A DNA stretch of 64,000 nt from Auanema rhodensis (taxonomy: Eukaryota; Animalia; Nematoda), in assembly GCA_964057225.1 (NCBI GenBank), contig CAXKVF010000076.1, positions 620,001 through 684,000 of the forward strand. The letters run 5' to 3'. Of this stretch, positions 1 to 12,000 are shown piece after piece (positions within the stretch are counted from its first letter, which is position 1; every line of letters begins with the position of its first letter). The notes beneath the pieces were generated by a model. It was not told where the DNA came from. It did no database searches and saw only the letters and a list, made by a program, of their open reading frames with translations. A program made the position numbers and the translations under genes.

Positions 1-3000
1 TAATTTTGAAAACCGCATTTCTTTATCTTTCACGTGAAGCGAGTTACATACCAAGTGCACATCACGTGTACATTTAATTAGCATAAATTAAAGTTCACGT
101 AAATTTCAAAGTCATGGTTACCATGCACCAATATCAATAAAAATCTGTTTTTAGACTTATATGGACATGGGGAATCTAATTTTGAAAACCGCATCTCTTT
201 ATCTTTCACGTGAAACGAGTTACATATCAAGTGCACATCACGTGTACATTTAATTAGCATAAATTAAAGTTCACGTAAATTTCAAAGTCATGGTTACCAT
301 TAACCAATATCAATAAAAATTTGTTTTTAGACTAATATGGACATGGGGAATCTAATTTTGAAAACCGCATCTCTTTATCTTTCACGTGAAGCGAGTTACA
401 TACCAAGTGCACATCACGTGTACATTTAATTAGCATAAATTAAAGTTCACGTAAATTTCAAAGTCATGGTTACCATGCACCAATATCAATAAAAATTTGT
501 TTTTAGACTAATATGGACATGGGGAATCTAATTTTGAAAACCGCATCTCTTTATCTTTCACGTGAAGCGAGTTACATACCAAGTGCACATCACGTGCACA
601 TTTAATTAGCATAAATTAAAGTTCACGTAAATTTCAAAGTCATGGTTACCATGCACCAATATCAATAAAAATTTGTTTTTAGACTAATATGGACATGGGG
701 AATCTAATGTTGAAAACCGCATCTCTTTATCTTTCACGTGAAGCGAGTTACATACCAAGTGCACATCACGTGTACATTTAATTAGCATAAATTAAAGTTC
801 ACGTAAATTTCAAAGTCATGGTTACCATGAACCAATATCAATAAAAATTTGTTTTTAGACTAATATGTACATGGGGAATCTAATTTTGAAAACCGCATCT
901 CTTTATCTTTCACGTGAAGCGAGTTACATACCAAGTGCACATCACGTGTACAATTAATTAGCATAAATTAAAGTTCACGTAAATTTCAAAGTCATGGTTA
1001 CCATGAACCAATATCAATAAAAATTTGTTTTTAGACTAATATGGACATGGGGAATCTAATTTTGAAAACCGCATTTCTTTATCTTTCACGTGAAGCGAGT
1101 TACATACCAAGTGCACATCACGTGTACATTTAATTAGCATAAATTAAAGTTCACGTAAATTTCAAAGTCATGGTTACCATGAACCAATATCAATAAAAAT
1201 TTGTTTTTAGACTAATATGGACATGGGGAATCAAATTTTGAAAACCGCATCTCTTTATCTTTCACGTGAAGCGAGTTACATACCAAGTGCACATCACGTG
1301 TACATTTAATTAGCATAAATTAAAGTTCACGTAAATTTCAAAGTCATGGTTACCATGAACCAATATCAATAAAAATTTGTTTTTAGACTAATATGGACAT
1401 GGGGAATCTAATTTTGAAAACCGCATCACTTTATCTTTCACGTGAAGCGAGTTACATACCAAGTGCACATCACGTGTACATTTAATTAGCATAAATTAAA
1501 GTTCACGTAAATTTCAAAGTCATGGTTACCATGCACCAATATCAATAAAAATTTGTTTTTAGACTAATATGGACATGGGGAATCTAATGTTGAAAACCGC
1601 ATCTTTTTATCTTTCACGTGAAGCGAGTTACATACCAAGTGCACATCACGTGTACATTTAATTAGCATAAATTAAAGTTCACGTAAATTTCAAAGTCATG
1701 GTTACCATGAACCAATATCAATAAAAATTTGTTTTTAGACTAATATGGACATGGGGAATCTAATTTTGAAAACCGCATCTCTTTATCTTTCACGTGAAGC
1801 GAGTTACATACCAAGTGCACATCACGTGTACATTTAATTAGCATAAATTAAAGTTCACGTAAATTTCAAAGTCATGGTTACCATGAACCAATATCAATAA
1901 AAATTTGTTTTTAGACTAATATGGACATGGGGAATCTAATTTTGAAAACCGCATTTCTTTATCTTCCACGTGAAGCGAGTTACATACCAAGTGCACATCA
2001 CGTGTACATTTAATTAGCATAAATTAAAGTTCACGTAAATTTCAAAGTCATGGTTACCATGAACCAATATCAATAAAAATTTGTTTTTAGACTAATATGG
2101 ACATGGGGAATCAAATTTTGAAAACCGCATCTCTTTATCTTTCACGTGAAGCGAGTTACATACCAAGTGCACATCACGTGTACATTTAATTAGCATAAAT
2201 TAAAGTTCACGTAAATTTCAAAGTCATGGTTACCATGAACCAATATCAATAAAAATTTGTTTTTAGACTAATATGGACATGGGGAATCTAATTTTGAAAA
2301 CCGCATCTCTTTATCTTCCACGTGAAGCGAGTTACATACCAAGTGCACATCACGTGTACATTTAATTAGCATAAATTAAAGTTCACGTAAATTTCAAAGT
2401 CATGGTTACCATGAACCAATATCAATAAAAATTTGTTTTTAGACTAATATGGACATGGGGAATCAAATTTTGAAAACCGCATCTCTTTATCTTTCACGTG
2501 AAGCGAGTTACATACCAAGTGCACATCACGTGTACATTTAATTAGCATAAATTAAAGTTCACGTAAATTTCAAAGTCATGGTTACCATGAACCAATATCA
2601 ATAAAAATTTGTTTTTAGACTAATATGGACATGGGGAATCTAATTTTGAAAACCGCATCACTTTATCTTTCACGTGAAGCGAGTTACATACCAAGTGCAC
2701 ATCACGTGTACATTTAATTAGCATAAATTAAAGTTCACGTAAATTTCAAAGTCATGGTTACCATGCACCAATATCAATAAAAATTTGTTTTTAGACTAAT
2801 ATGGACATGGGGAATCTAATGTTGAAAACCGCATCTTTTTATCTTTCACGTGAAGCGAGTTACATACCAAGTGCACATCACGTGTACATTTAATTAGCAT
2901 AAATTAAAGTTCACGTAAATTTCAAAGTCATGGTTACCATGCACCAATATCAATAAAAATTTGTTTTTAGACTAATATGGACATGGGGAATCTAATTTTG

Positions 3001-6000
3001 GAAACCGCATCTCTTTATATTTCACGTGAAGCGAGTTACATACCAAGTGCACATCACGTGTACATTTAATTAGCATAAATTAAAGTTCACGTAAATTTCA
3101 AAGTCATGGTTACCATGAACCAATATCAATAAAAATTTGTTTTTAGACTAATATGGACATGGGGAATCTAATTTTGAAAACCGCATCTCTTTATCTTTCA
3201 CGTGAAGCGAGTTACATACCAAGTGCACATCACGTGTACATTTAATTAGCATAAATTAAAGTTCACGTAAATTTCAAAGTCATGGTTACCATGCACCAAT
3301 ATCAATAAAAATTTGTTTTTAGACTAATATGGACATGGGGAATCTAATTTTGAAAACCGCATTTCTTTATCTTTCACGTGAAGCGAGTTACATACCAAGT
3401 GCACATCACGTGTACATTTAATTAGCATAAATTAAAGTTCACGTAAATTTCAAAGTCATGGTTACCATGAACCAATATCAATAAAAATTTGTTTTTAGAC
3501 TAATATGGACATGGGGAATCTAATGTTGAAAACCGCATCTTTTTATCTTTCACGTGAAGCGAGTTACATACCAAGTGCACATCACGTGTACATTTAATTA
3601 GCATAAATTAAAGTTCACGTAAATTTCAAAGTCATGGTTACCATGCACCAATATCAATAAAAATTTGTTTTTAGACTAATATGGACATGGGGAATCTAAT
3701 TTTGAAAACCGCATCTCTTTATATTTCACGTGAAGCGAGTTACATACCAAGTGCACATCACGTGTACATTTAATTAGCATAAATTAAAGTTCACGTAAAT
3801 TTCAAAGTCATGGTTACCATGAACCAATATCAATAAAAATTTGTTTTTAGACTAATATGGACATGGGGAATCTAATTTTGAAAACCGCATCTCTTTATCT
3901 TTCACGTGAAGCGAGTTACATACCAAGTGCACATCACGTGTACATTTAATTAGCATAAATTAAAGTTCACGTAAATTTCAAAGTCATGGTTACCATGCAC
4001 CAATATCAATAAAAATTTGTTTTTAGACTAATATGGACATGGGGAATCTAATTTTGAAAACCGCATCTCTTTATCTTGCACGTGAAGCGAGTTACATACC
4101 AAGTGCACATCACGTGTACATTTAATTAGCATAAATTAAAGTTCACGTAAATTTCAAAGTCATGGTTACCATGAACCAATATCAATAAAAATTTGTTTTT
4201 AGACTAATATGTACATGGGGAATCTAATTTTGAAAACCGCATTTCTTTATCTTTCACGTGAAGCGAGTTACATACCAAGTGCACATCACGTGTACATTTA
4301 ATTAGCATAAATTAAAGTTCACGTAAATTTCAAAGTCATGGTTACCATGCACCAATATCAATAAAAATTTGTTTTTAGACTAATATGTACATGGGGAATC
4401 TAATTTTGAAAACCGCATTTCTTTATCTTTCACGTGAAGCGAGTTACATACCAAGTGCACATCACGTGTACATTTAATTAGCATAAATTAAAGTTCACGT
4501 AAATTTCAAAGTCATGGTTACCATTAACCAATATCAATAAAAATTTGTTTTTAGACTAATATGGACATGGGGAATCTAATTTTGAAAACCGCATCTCTTT
4601 ATCTTTCACGTGAAGCGAGTTACATACCAAGTGCACATCACGTGTACATTTAATTAGCATAAATTAAAGTTCACGTAAATTTCAAAGTCATGGTTACCAT
4701 GCACCAATATCAATAAAAATTTGTTTTTAGACTAATATGGACATGGGGAATCTAATTTTGAAAACCGCATCTCTTTATCTTTCACGTGAAGCGAGTTACA
4801 TACCAAGTGCACATCACGTGTACATTTAATTAGCATAAATTAAAGTTCACGTAAATTTCAAAGTCATGGTTACCATGCACCAAAATCAATAAAAATTTGT
4901 TTTTAGACTAATATGGACATGGGGAATCTAATTTTGAAAACCGCATCTCTTTATCTTCCACGTGAAGCGAGTTACATACCAAGTGCACATCACGTGTACA
5001 TTTAATTAGCATAAATTAAAGTTCACGTAAATTTCAAAGTCATGGTTACCATGCACCAATATCAATAAAAATTTGTTTTTAGACTAATATGGACATGGGG
5101 AATCTAATTTTGAAAACCGCATCTCTTTATATTTCACGTGAAGCGAGTTACATACCAAGTGCACATCACGTGTACATTTAATTAGCATAAATTAAAGTTC
5201 ACGTAAATTTCAAAGTCATGGTTACCATGAACCAATATCAATAAAAATTTGTTTTTAGACTAATATGGACATGGGGAATCTAATTTTGAGAACCGCATCT
5301 CTTTATATTTCACGTGAAGCGAGTTACATACCAAGTGCACATCACGTGTACATTTAATTAGCATAAATTAAAGTTCACGTAAATTTCAAAGTCATGGTTA
5401 CCATGAACCAATATCAATAAAAATTTGTTTTTAGACTAATATGGACATGGGGAATCTAATTTTGAAAACCGCATCTCTTTATCTTTCACGTGAAGCGAGT
5501 TACATACCAAGTGCACATCACGTGTACATTTAATTAGCATAAATTAAAGTTCACGTAAATTTCAAAGTCATGGTTACCATGCACCAAAATCAATAAAAAT
5601 TTGTTTTTAGACTAATATGGACATGGGGAATCTAATTTTGAAAACCGCATCTCTTTATCTTCCACGTGAAGCGAGTTACATACCAAGTGCACATCACGTG
5701 TACATTTAATTAGCATAAATTAAAGTTCACGTAAATTTCAAAGTCATGGTTACCATGCACCAATATCAATAAAAATTTGTTTTTAGACTAATATGGACAT
5801 GGGGAATCTAATTTTGAAAACCGCATCTCTTTATATTTCACGTGAAGCGAGTTACATACCAAGTGCACATCACGTGTACATTTAATTAGCATAAATTAAA
5901 GTTCACGTAAATTTCAAAGTCATGGTTACCATGAACCAATATCAATAAAAATTTGTTTTTAGACTAATATGGACATGGGGAATCTAATTTTGAAAACCGC

Positions 6001-9000
6001 ATCTCTTTATCTTTCACGTGAAGCGAGTTACATACCAAGTGCACATCACGTGTACATTTAATTAGCATAAATTAAAGTTCACGTAAATTTCAAAGTCATG
6101 GTTACCATGCACCAATATCAATAAAAATTTGTTTTTAGACTAATATGGACATGGGGAATCTAATTTTGAAAACCGCATTTCTTTATCTTTCACGTGAAGC
6201 GAGTTACATACCAAGTGCACATCACGTGTACATTTAATTAGCATAAATTAAAGTTCACGTAAATTTCAAAGTCATGGTTACCATGAACCAATATCAATAA
6301 AAATTTGTTTTTAGACTAATATGGACATGGGGAATCTAATGTTGAAAACCGCATCTTTTTATCTTTCACGTGAAGCGAGTTACATACCAAGTGCACATCA
6401 CGTGTACATTTAATTAGCATAAATTAAAGTTCACGTAAATTTCAAAGTCATGGTTACCATGCACCAATATCAATAAAAATTTGTTTTTAGACTAATATGG
6501 ACATGGGGAATCTAATTTTGAAAACCGCATCTCTTTATATTTCACGTGAAGCGAGTTACATACCAAGTGCACATCACGTGTACATTTAATTAGCATAAAT
6601 TAAAGTTCACGTAAATTTCAAAGTCATGGTTACCATGAACCAATATCAATAAAAATTTGTTTTTAGACTAATATGGACATGGGGAATCTAATTTTGAAAA
6701 CCGCATCTCTTTATCTTTCACGTGAAGCGAGTTACATACCAAGTGCACATCACGTGTACATTTAATTAGCATAAATTAAAGTTCACGTAAATTTCAAAGT
6801 CATGGTTACCATGCACCAATATCAATAAAAATTTGTTTTTAGACTAATATGGACATGGGGAATCTAATTTTGAAAACCGCATCTCTTTATCTTGCACGTG
6901 AAGCGAGTTACATACCAAGTGCACATCACGTGTACATTTAATTAGCATAAATTAAAGTTCACGTAAATTTCAAAGTCATGGTTACCATGAACCAATATCA
7001 ATAAAAATTTGTTTTTAGACTAATATGTACATGGGGAATCTAATTTTGAAAACCGCATTTCTTTATCTTTCACGTGAAGCGAGCTACATACCAAGTGCAC
7101 ATCACGTGTACATTTAATTAGCATAAATTAAAGTTCACGTAAATTTCAAAGTCATGGTTACCATGCACCAATATCAATAAAAATTTGTTTTTAGACTAAT
7201 ATGTACATGGGGAATCTAATTTTGAAAACCGCATTTCTTTATCTTTCACGTGAAGCGAGTTACATACCAAGTGCACATCACGTGTACATTTAATTAGCAT
7301 AAATTAAAGTTCACGTAAATTTCAAAGTCATGGTTACCATTAACCAATATCAATAAAAATTTGTTTTTAGACTAATATGGACATGGGGAATCTAATTTTG
7401 AAAACCGCATCTCTTTATCTTTCACGTGAAGCGAGTTACATATCAAGTGCACATCACGTGTACATTTAATTAGCATAAATTAAAGTTCACGTAAATTTCA
7501 AAGTCATGGTTACCATGCACCAATATCAATAAAAATTTGTTTTTAGACTAATATGGACATGGGGAATCTAATTTTGAAAACCGCATCTCTTTATCTTTCA
7601 CGTGAAGCGAGTTACATACCAAGTGCACATCACGTGTACATTTAATTAGCATAAATTAAAGTTCACGTAAATTTCAAAGTCATGGTTACCATGAACCAAT
7701 ATCAATAAAAATTTGTTTTTAGACTAATATGGACATGGGGAATCTAATTTTGAAAACCGCATCTCTTTATCTTTCACGTGAAGCGAGTTACATACCAAGT
7801 GCACATCACGTGTACATTTAATTAGCATAAATTAAAGTTCACGTAAATTTCAAAGTCATGGTTACCATGCACCAAAATCAATAAAAATTTGTTTTTAGAC
7901 TAATATGGACATGGGGAATCTAATTTTGAAAACCGCATCTCTTTATCTTCCACGTGAAGCGAGTTACATACCAAGTGCACATCACGTGTACATTTAATTA
8001 GCATAAATTAAAGTTCACGTAAATTTCAAAGTCATGGTTACCATGAACCAATATCAATAAAAATTTGTTTTTAGACTAATATGGACATGGGGAATCTAAT
8101 TTTGAAAACCGCATCTCTTTATCTTTCACGTGAAGCGAGTTACATACCAAGTGCACATCACGTGTACATTTAATTAGCATAAATTAAAGTTCACGTAAAT
8201 TTCAAAGTCATGGTTACCATGCACCAAAATCAATAAAAATTTGTTTTTAGACTAATATGGACATGGGGAATCTAATTTTGAAAACCGCATCTCTTTATCT
8301 TCCACGTGAAGCGAGTTACATACCAAGTGCACATCACGTGTACATTTAATTAGCATAAATTAAAGTTCACGTAAATTTCAAAGTCATGGTTACCATGCAC
8401 CAATATCAATAAAAATTTGTTTTTAGACTAATATGGACATGGGGAATCTAATTTTGAAAACCGCATCTCTTTATATTTCACGTGAAGCGAGTTACATACC
8501 AAGTGCACATCACGTGTACATTTAATTAGCATAAATTAAAGTTCACGTAAATTTCAAAGTCATGGTTACCATGAACCAATATCAATAAAAATTTGTTTTT
8601 AGACTAATATGGACATGGGGAATCTAATTTTGAGAACCGCATCTCTTTATATTTTACGTGAAGCGAGTTACATACCAAGTGCACATCACGTGTACATTTA
8701 ATTAGCATAAATTAAAGTTCACGTAAATTTCAAAGTCATGGTTACCATGAACCAATATCAATAAAAATTTGTTTTTAGACTAATATGGACATGGGGAATC
8801 TAATTTTGAAAACCGCATCTCTTTATCTTTCACGTGAAGCGAGTTACATACCAAGTGCACATCACGTGTACATTTAATTAGCATAAATTAAAGTTCACGT
8901 AAATTTCAAAGTCATGGTTACCATGCACCAAAATCAATAAAAATTTGTTTTTAGACTAATATGGACATGGGGAATCTAATTTTGAAAACCGCATCTCTTT

Positions 9001-12000
9001 ATCTTCCACGTGAAGCGAGTTACATACCAAGTGCACATCACGTGTACATTTAATTAGCATAAATTAAAGTTCACGTAAATTTCAAAGTCATGGTTACCAT
9101 GCACCAATATCAATAAAAATTTGTTTTTAGACTAATATGGACATGGGGAATCTAATTTTGAAAACCGCATCTCTTTATCTTTCACGTGAAGCGAGTTACA
9201 TACCAAGTGCACATCACGTGCACATTTAATTAGCATAAATTAAAGTTCACGTAAATTTCAAAGTCATGGTTACCATGCACCAATATCAATAAAAATTTGT
9301 TTTTAGACTAATATGGACATGGGGAATCTAATGTTGAAAACCGCATCTCTTTATCTTTCACGTGAAGCGAGTTACATACCAAGTGCACATCACGTGTACA
9401 TTTAATTAGCATAAATTAAAGTTCACGTAAATTTCAAAGTCATGGTTACCATGAACCAATATCAATAAAAATTTGTTTTTAGACTAATATGTACATGGGG
9501 AATCTAATTTTGAAAACCGCATCTCTTTATCTTTCACGTGAAGCGAGTTACATACCAAGTGCACATCACGTGTACAATTAATTAGCATAAATTAAAGTTC
9601 ACGTAAATTTCAAAGTCATGGTTACCATGCACCAATATCAATAAAAATTTGTTTTTAGACTAATATGGACATGGGGAATCTAATTTTGAAAACCGCATCT
9701 CTTTATCTTTCACGTGAAGCGAGTTACATACCAAGTGCACATCACGTGTACATTTAATTAGCATAAATTAAAGTTCACGTAAATTTCAAAGTCATGGTTA
9801 CCATGAACCAATATCAATAAAAATTTGTTTTTAGACTAATATGGACATGGGGAATCTAATTTTGAAAACCGCATCTCTTTATCTTTCACGTGAAGCGAGT
9901 TACATACCAAGTGCACATCACGTGTACATTTAATTAGCATAAATTAAAGTTCACGTAAATTTCAAAGTCATGGTTACCATGCACCAAAATCAATAAAAAT
10001 TTGTTTTTAGACTAATATGGACATGGGGAATCTAATTTTGAAAACCGCATCTCTTTATCTTTCACGTGAAGCGAGTTACATACCAAGTGCACATCACGTG
10101 TACATTTAATTAGCATAAATTAAAGTTCACGTAAATTTCAAAGTCATGGTTACCATGCACCAAAATCAATAAAAATTTGTTTTTAGACTAATATGGACAT
10201 GGGGAATCTAATTTTGAAAACCGCATCTCTTTATCTTCCACGTGAAGCGAGTTACATACCAAGTGCACATCACGTGTACAATTAATTAGCATAAATTAAA
10301 GTTCACGTAAATTTCAAAGTCATGGTTACCATGCACCAATATCAATAAAAATTTGTTTTTAGACTAATATGGACATGGGGAATCTAATTTTGAAAACCGC
10401 ATCTCTTTATCTTTCACGTGAAGCGAGTTACATACCAAGTGCACATCACGTGTACATTTAATTAGCATAAATTAAAGTTCACGTAAATTTCAAAGTCATG
10501 GTTACCATGAACCAATATCAATAAAAATTTGTTTTTAGACTAATATGGACATGGGGAATCTAATTTTGAAAACCGCATCTCTTTATCTTTCACGTGAAGC
10601 GAGTTACATACCAAGTGCACATCACGTGTACATTTAATTAGCATAAATTAAAGTTCACGTAAATTTCAAAGTCATGGTTACCATGCACCAAAATCAATAA
10701 AAATTTGTTTTTAGACTAATATGGACATGGGGAATCTAATTTTGAAAACCGCATCTCTTTATCTTCCACGTGAAGCGAGTTACATACCAAGTGCACATCA
10801 CGTGTACATTTAATTAGCATAAATTAAAGTTCACGTAAATTTCAAAGTCATGGTTACCATGCACCAATATCAATAAAAATTTGTTTTTAGACTAATATGG
10901 ACATGGGGAATCTAATTTTGAAAACCGCATCTCTTTATCTTTCACGTGAAGCGAGTTACATACCAAGTGCACATCACGTGCACATTTAATTAGCATAAAT
11001 TAAAGTTCACGTAAATTTCAAAGTCATGGTTACCATGCACCAATATCAATAAAAATTTGTTTTTAGACTAATATGGACATGGGGAATCTAATGTTGAAAA
11101 CCGCATCTCTTTATCTTTCACGTGAAGCGAGTTACATACCAAGTGCACATCACGTGTACATTTAATTAGCATAAATTAAAGTTCACGTAAATTTCAAAGT
11201 CATGGTTACCATGAACCAATATCAATAAAAATTTGTTTTTAGACTAATATGTACATGGGGAATCTAATTTTGAAAACCGCATCTCTTTATCTTTCACGTG
11301 AAGCGAGTTACATACCAAGTGCACATCACGTGTACAATTAATTAGCATAAATTAAAGTTCACGTAAATTTCAAAGTCATGGTTACCATGAACCAATATCA
11401 ATAAAAATTTGTTTTTAGACTAATATGGACATGGGGAATCTAATTTTGAAAACCGCATTTCTTTATCTTTCACGTGAAGCGAGTTACATACCAAGTGCAC
11501 ATCACGTGTACATTTAATTAGCATAAATTAAAGTTCACGTAAATTTCAAAGTCATGGTTACCATGAACCAATATCAATAAAAATTTGTTTTTAGACTAAT
11601 ATGGACATGGGGAATCAAATTTTGAAAACCGCATCTCTTTATCTTTCACGTGAAGCGAGTTACATACCAAGTGCACATCACGTGTACATTTAATTAGCAT
11701 AAATTAAAGTTCACGTAAATTTCAAAGTCATGGTTACCATGAACCAATATCAATAAAAATTTGTTTTTAGACTAATATGGACATGGGGAATCTAATTTTG
11801 AAAACCGCATCACTTTATCTTTCACGTGAAGCGAGTTACATACCAAGTGCACATCACGTGTACATTTAATTAGCATAAATTAAAGTTCACGTAAATTTCA
11901 AAGTCATGGTTACCATGCACCAATATCAATAAAAATTTGTTTTTAGACTAATATGGACATGGGGAATCTAATGTTGAAAACCGCATCTTTTTATCTTTCA

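Noticed and set aside
136-141. AATAAA in each monomer as a functional polyadenylation signal
   Set aside because: Expected by chance in 68% AT sequence, with no transcript evidence.
1-176. Identity with primate alpha satellite, Arabidopsis CEN178 or 5S rDNA
   Set aside because: Similar length only. I recognise no sequence similarity and no 5S coding region; a database search is needed to name the family.
78-260. 60-aa minus-strand ORF
   Set aside because: Pure satellite sequence. It is open only because of a local SNP (GACTTAT at 158) that removes a stop present in the other monomers.
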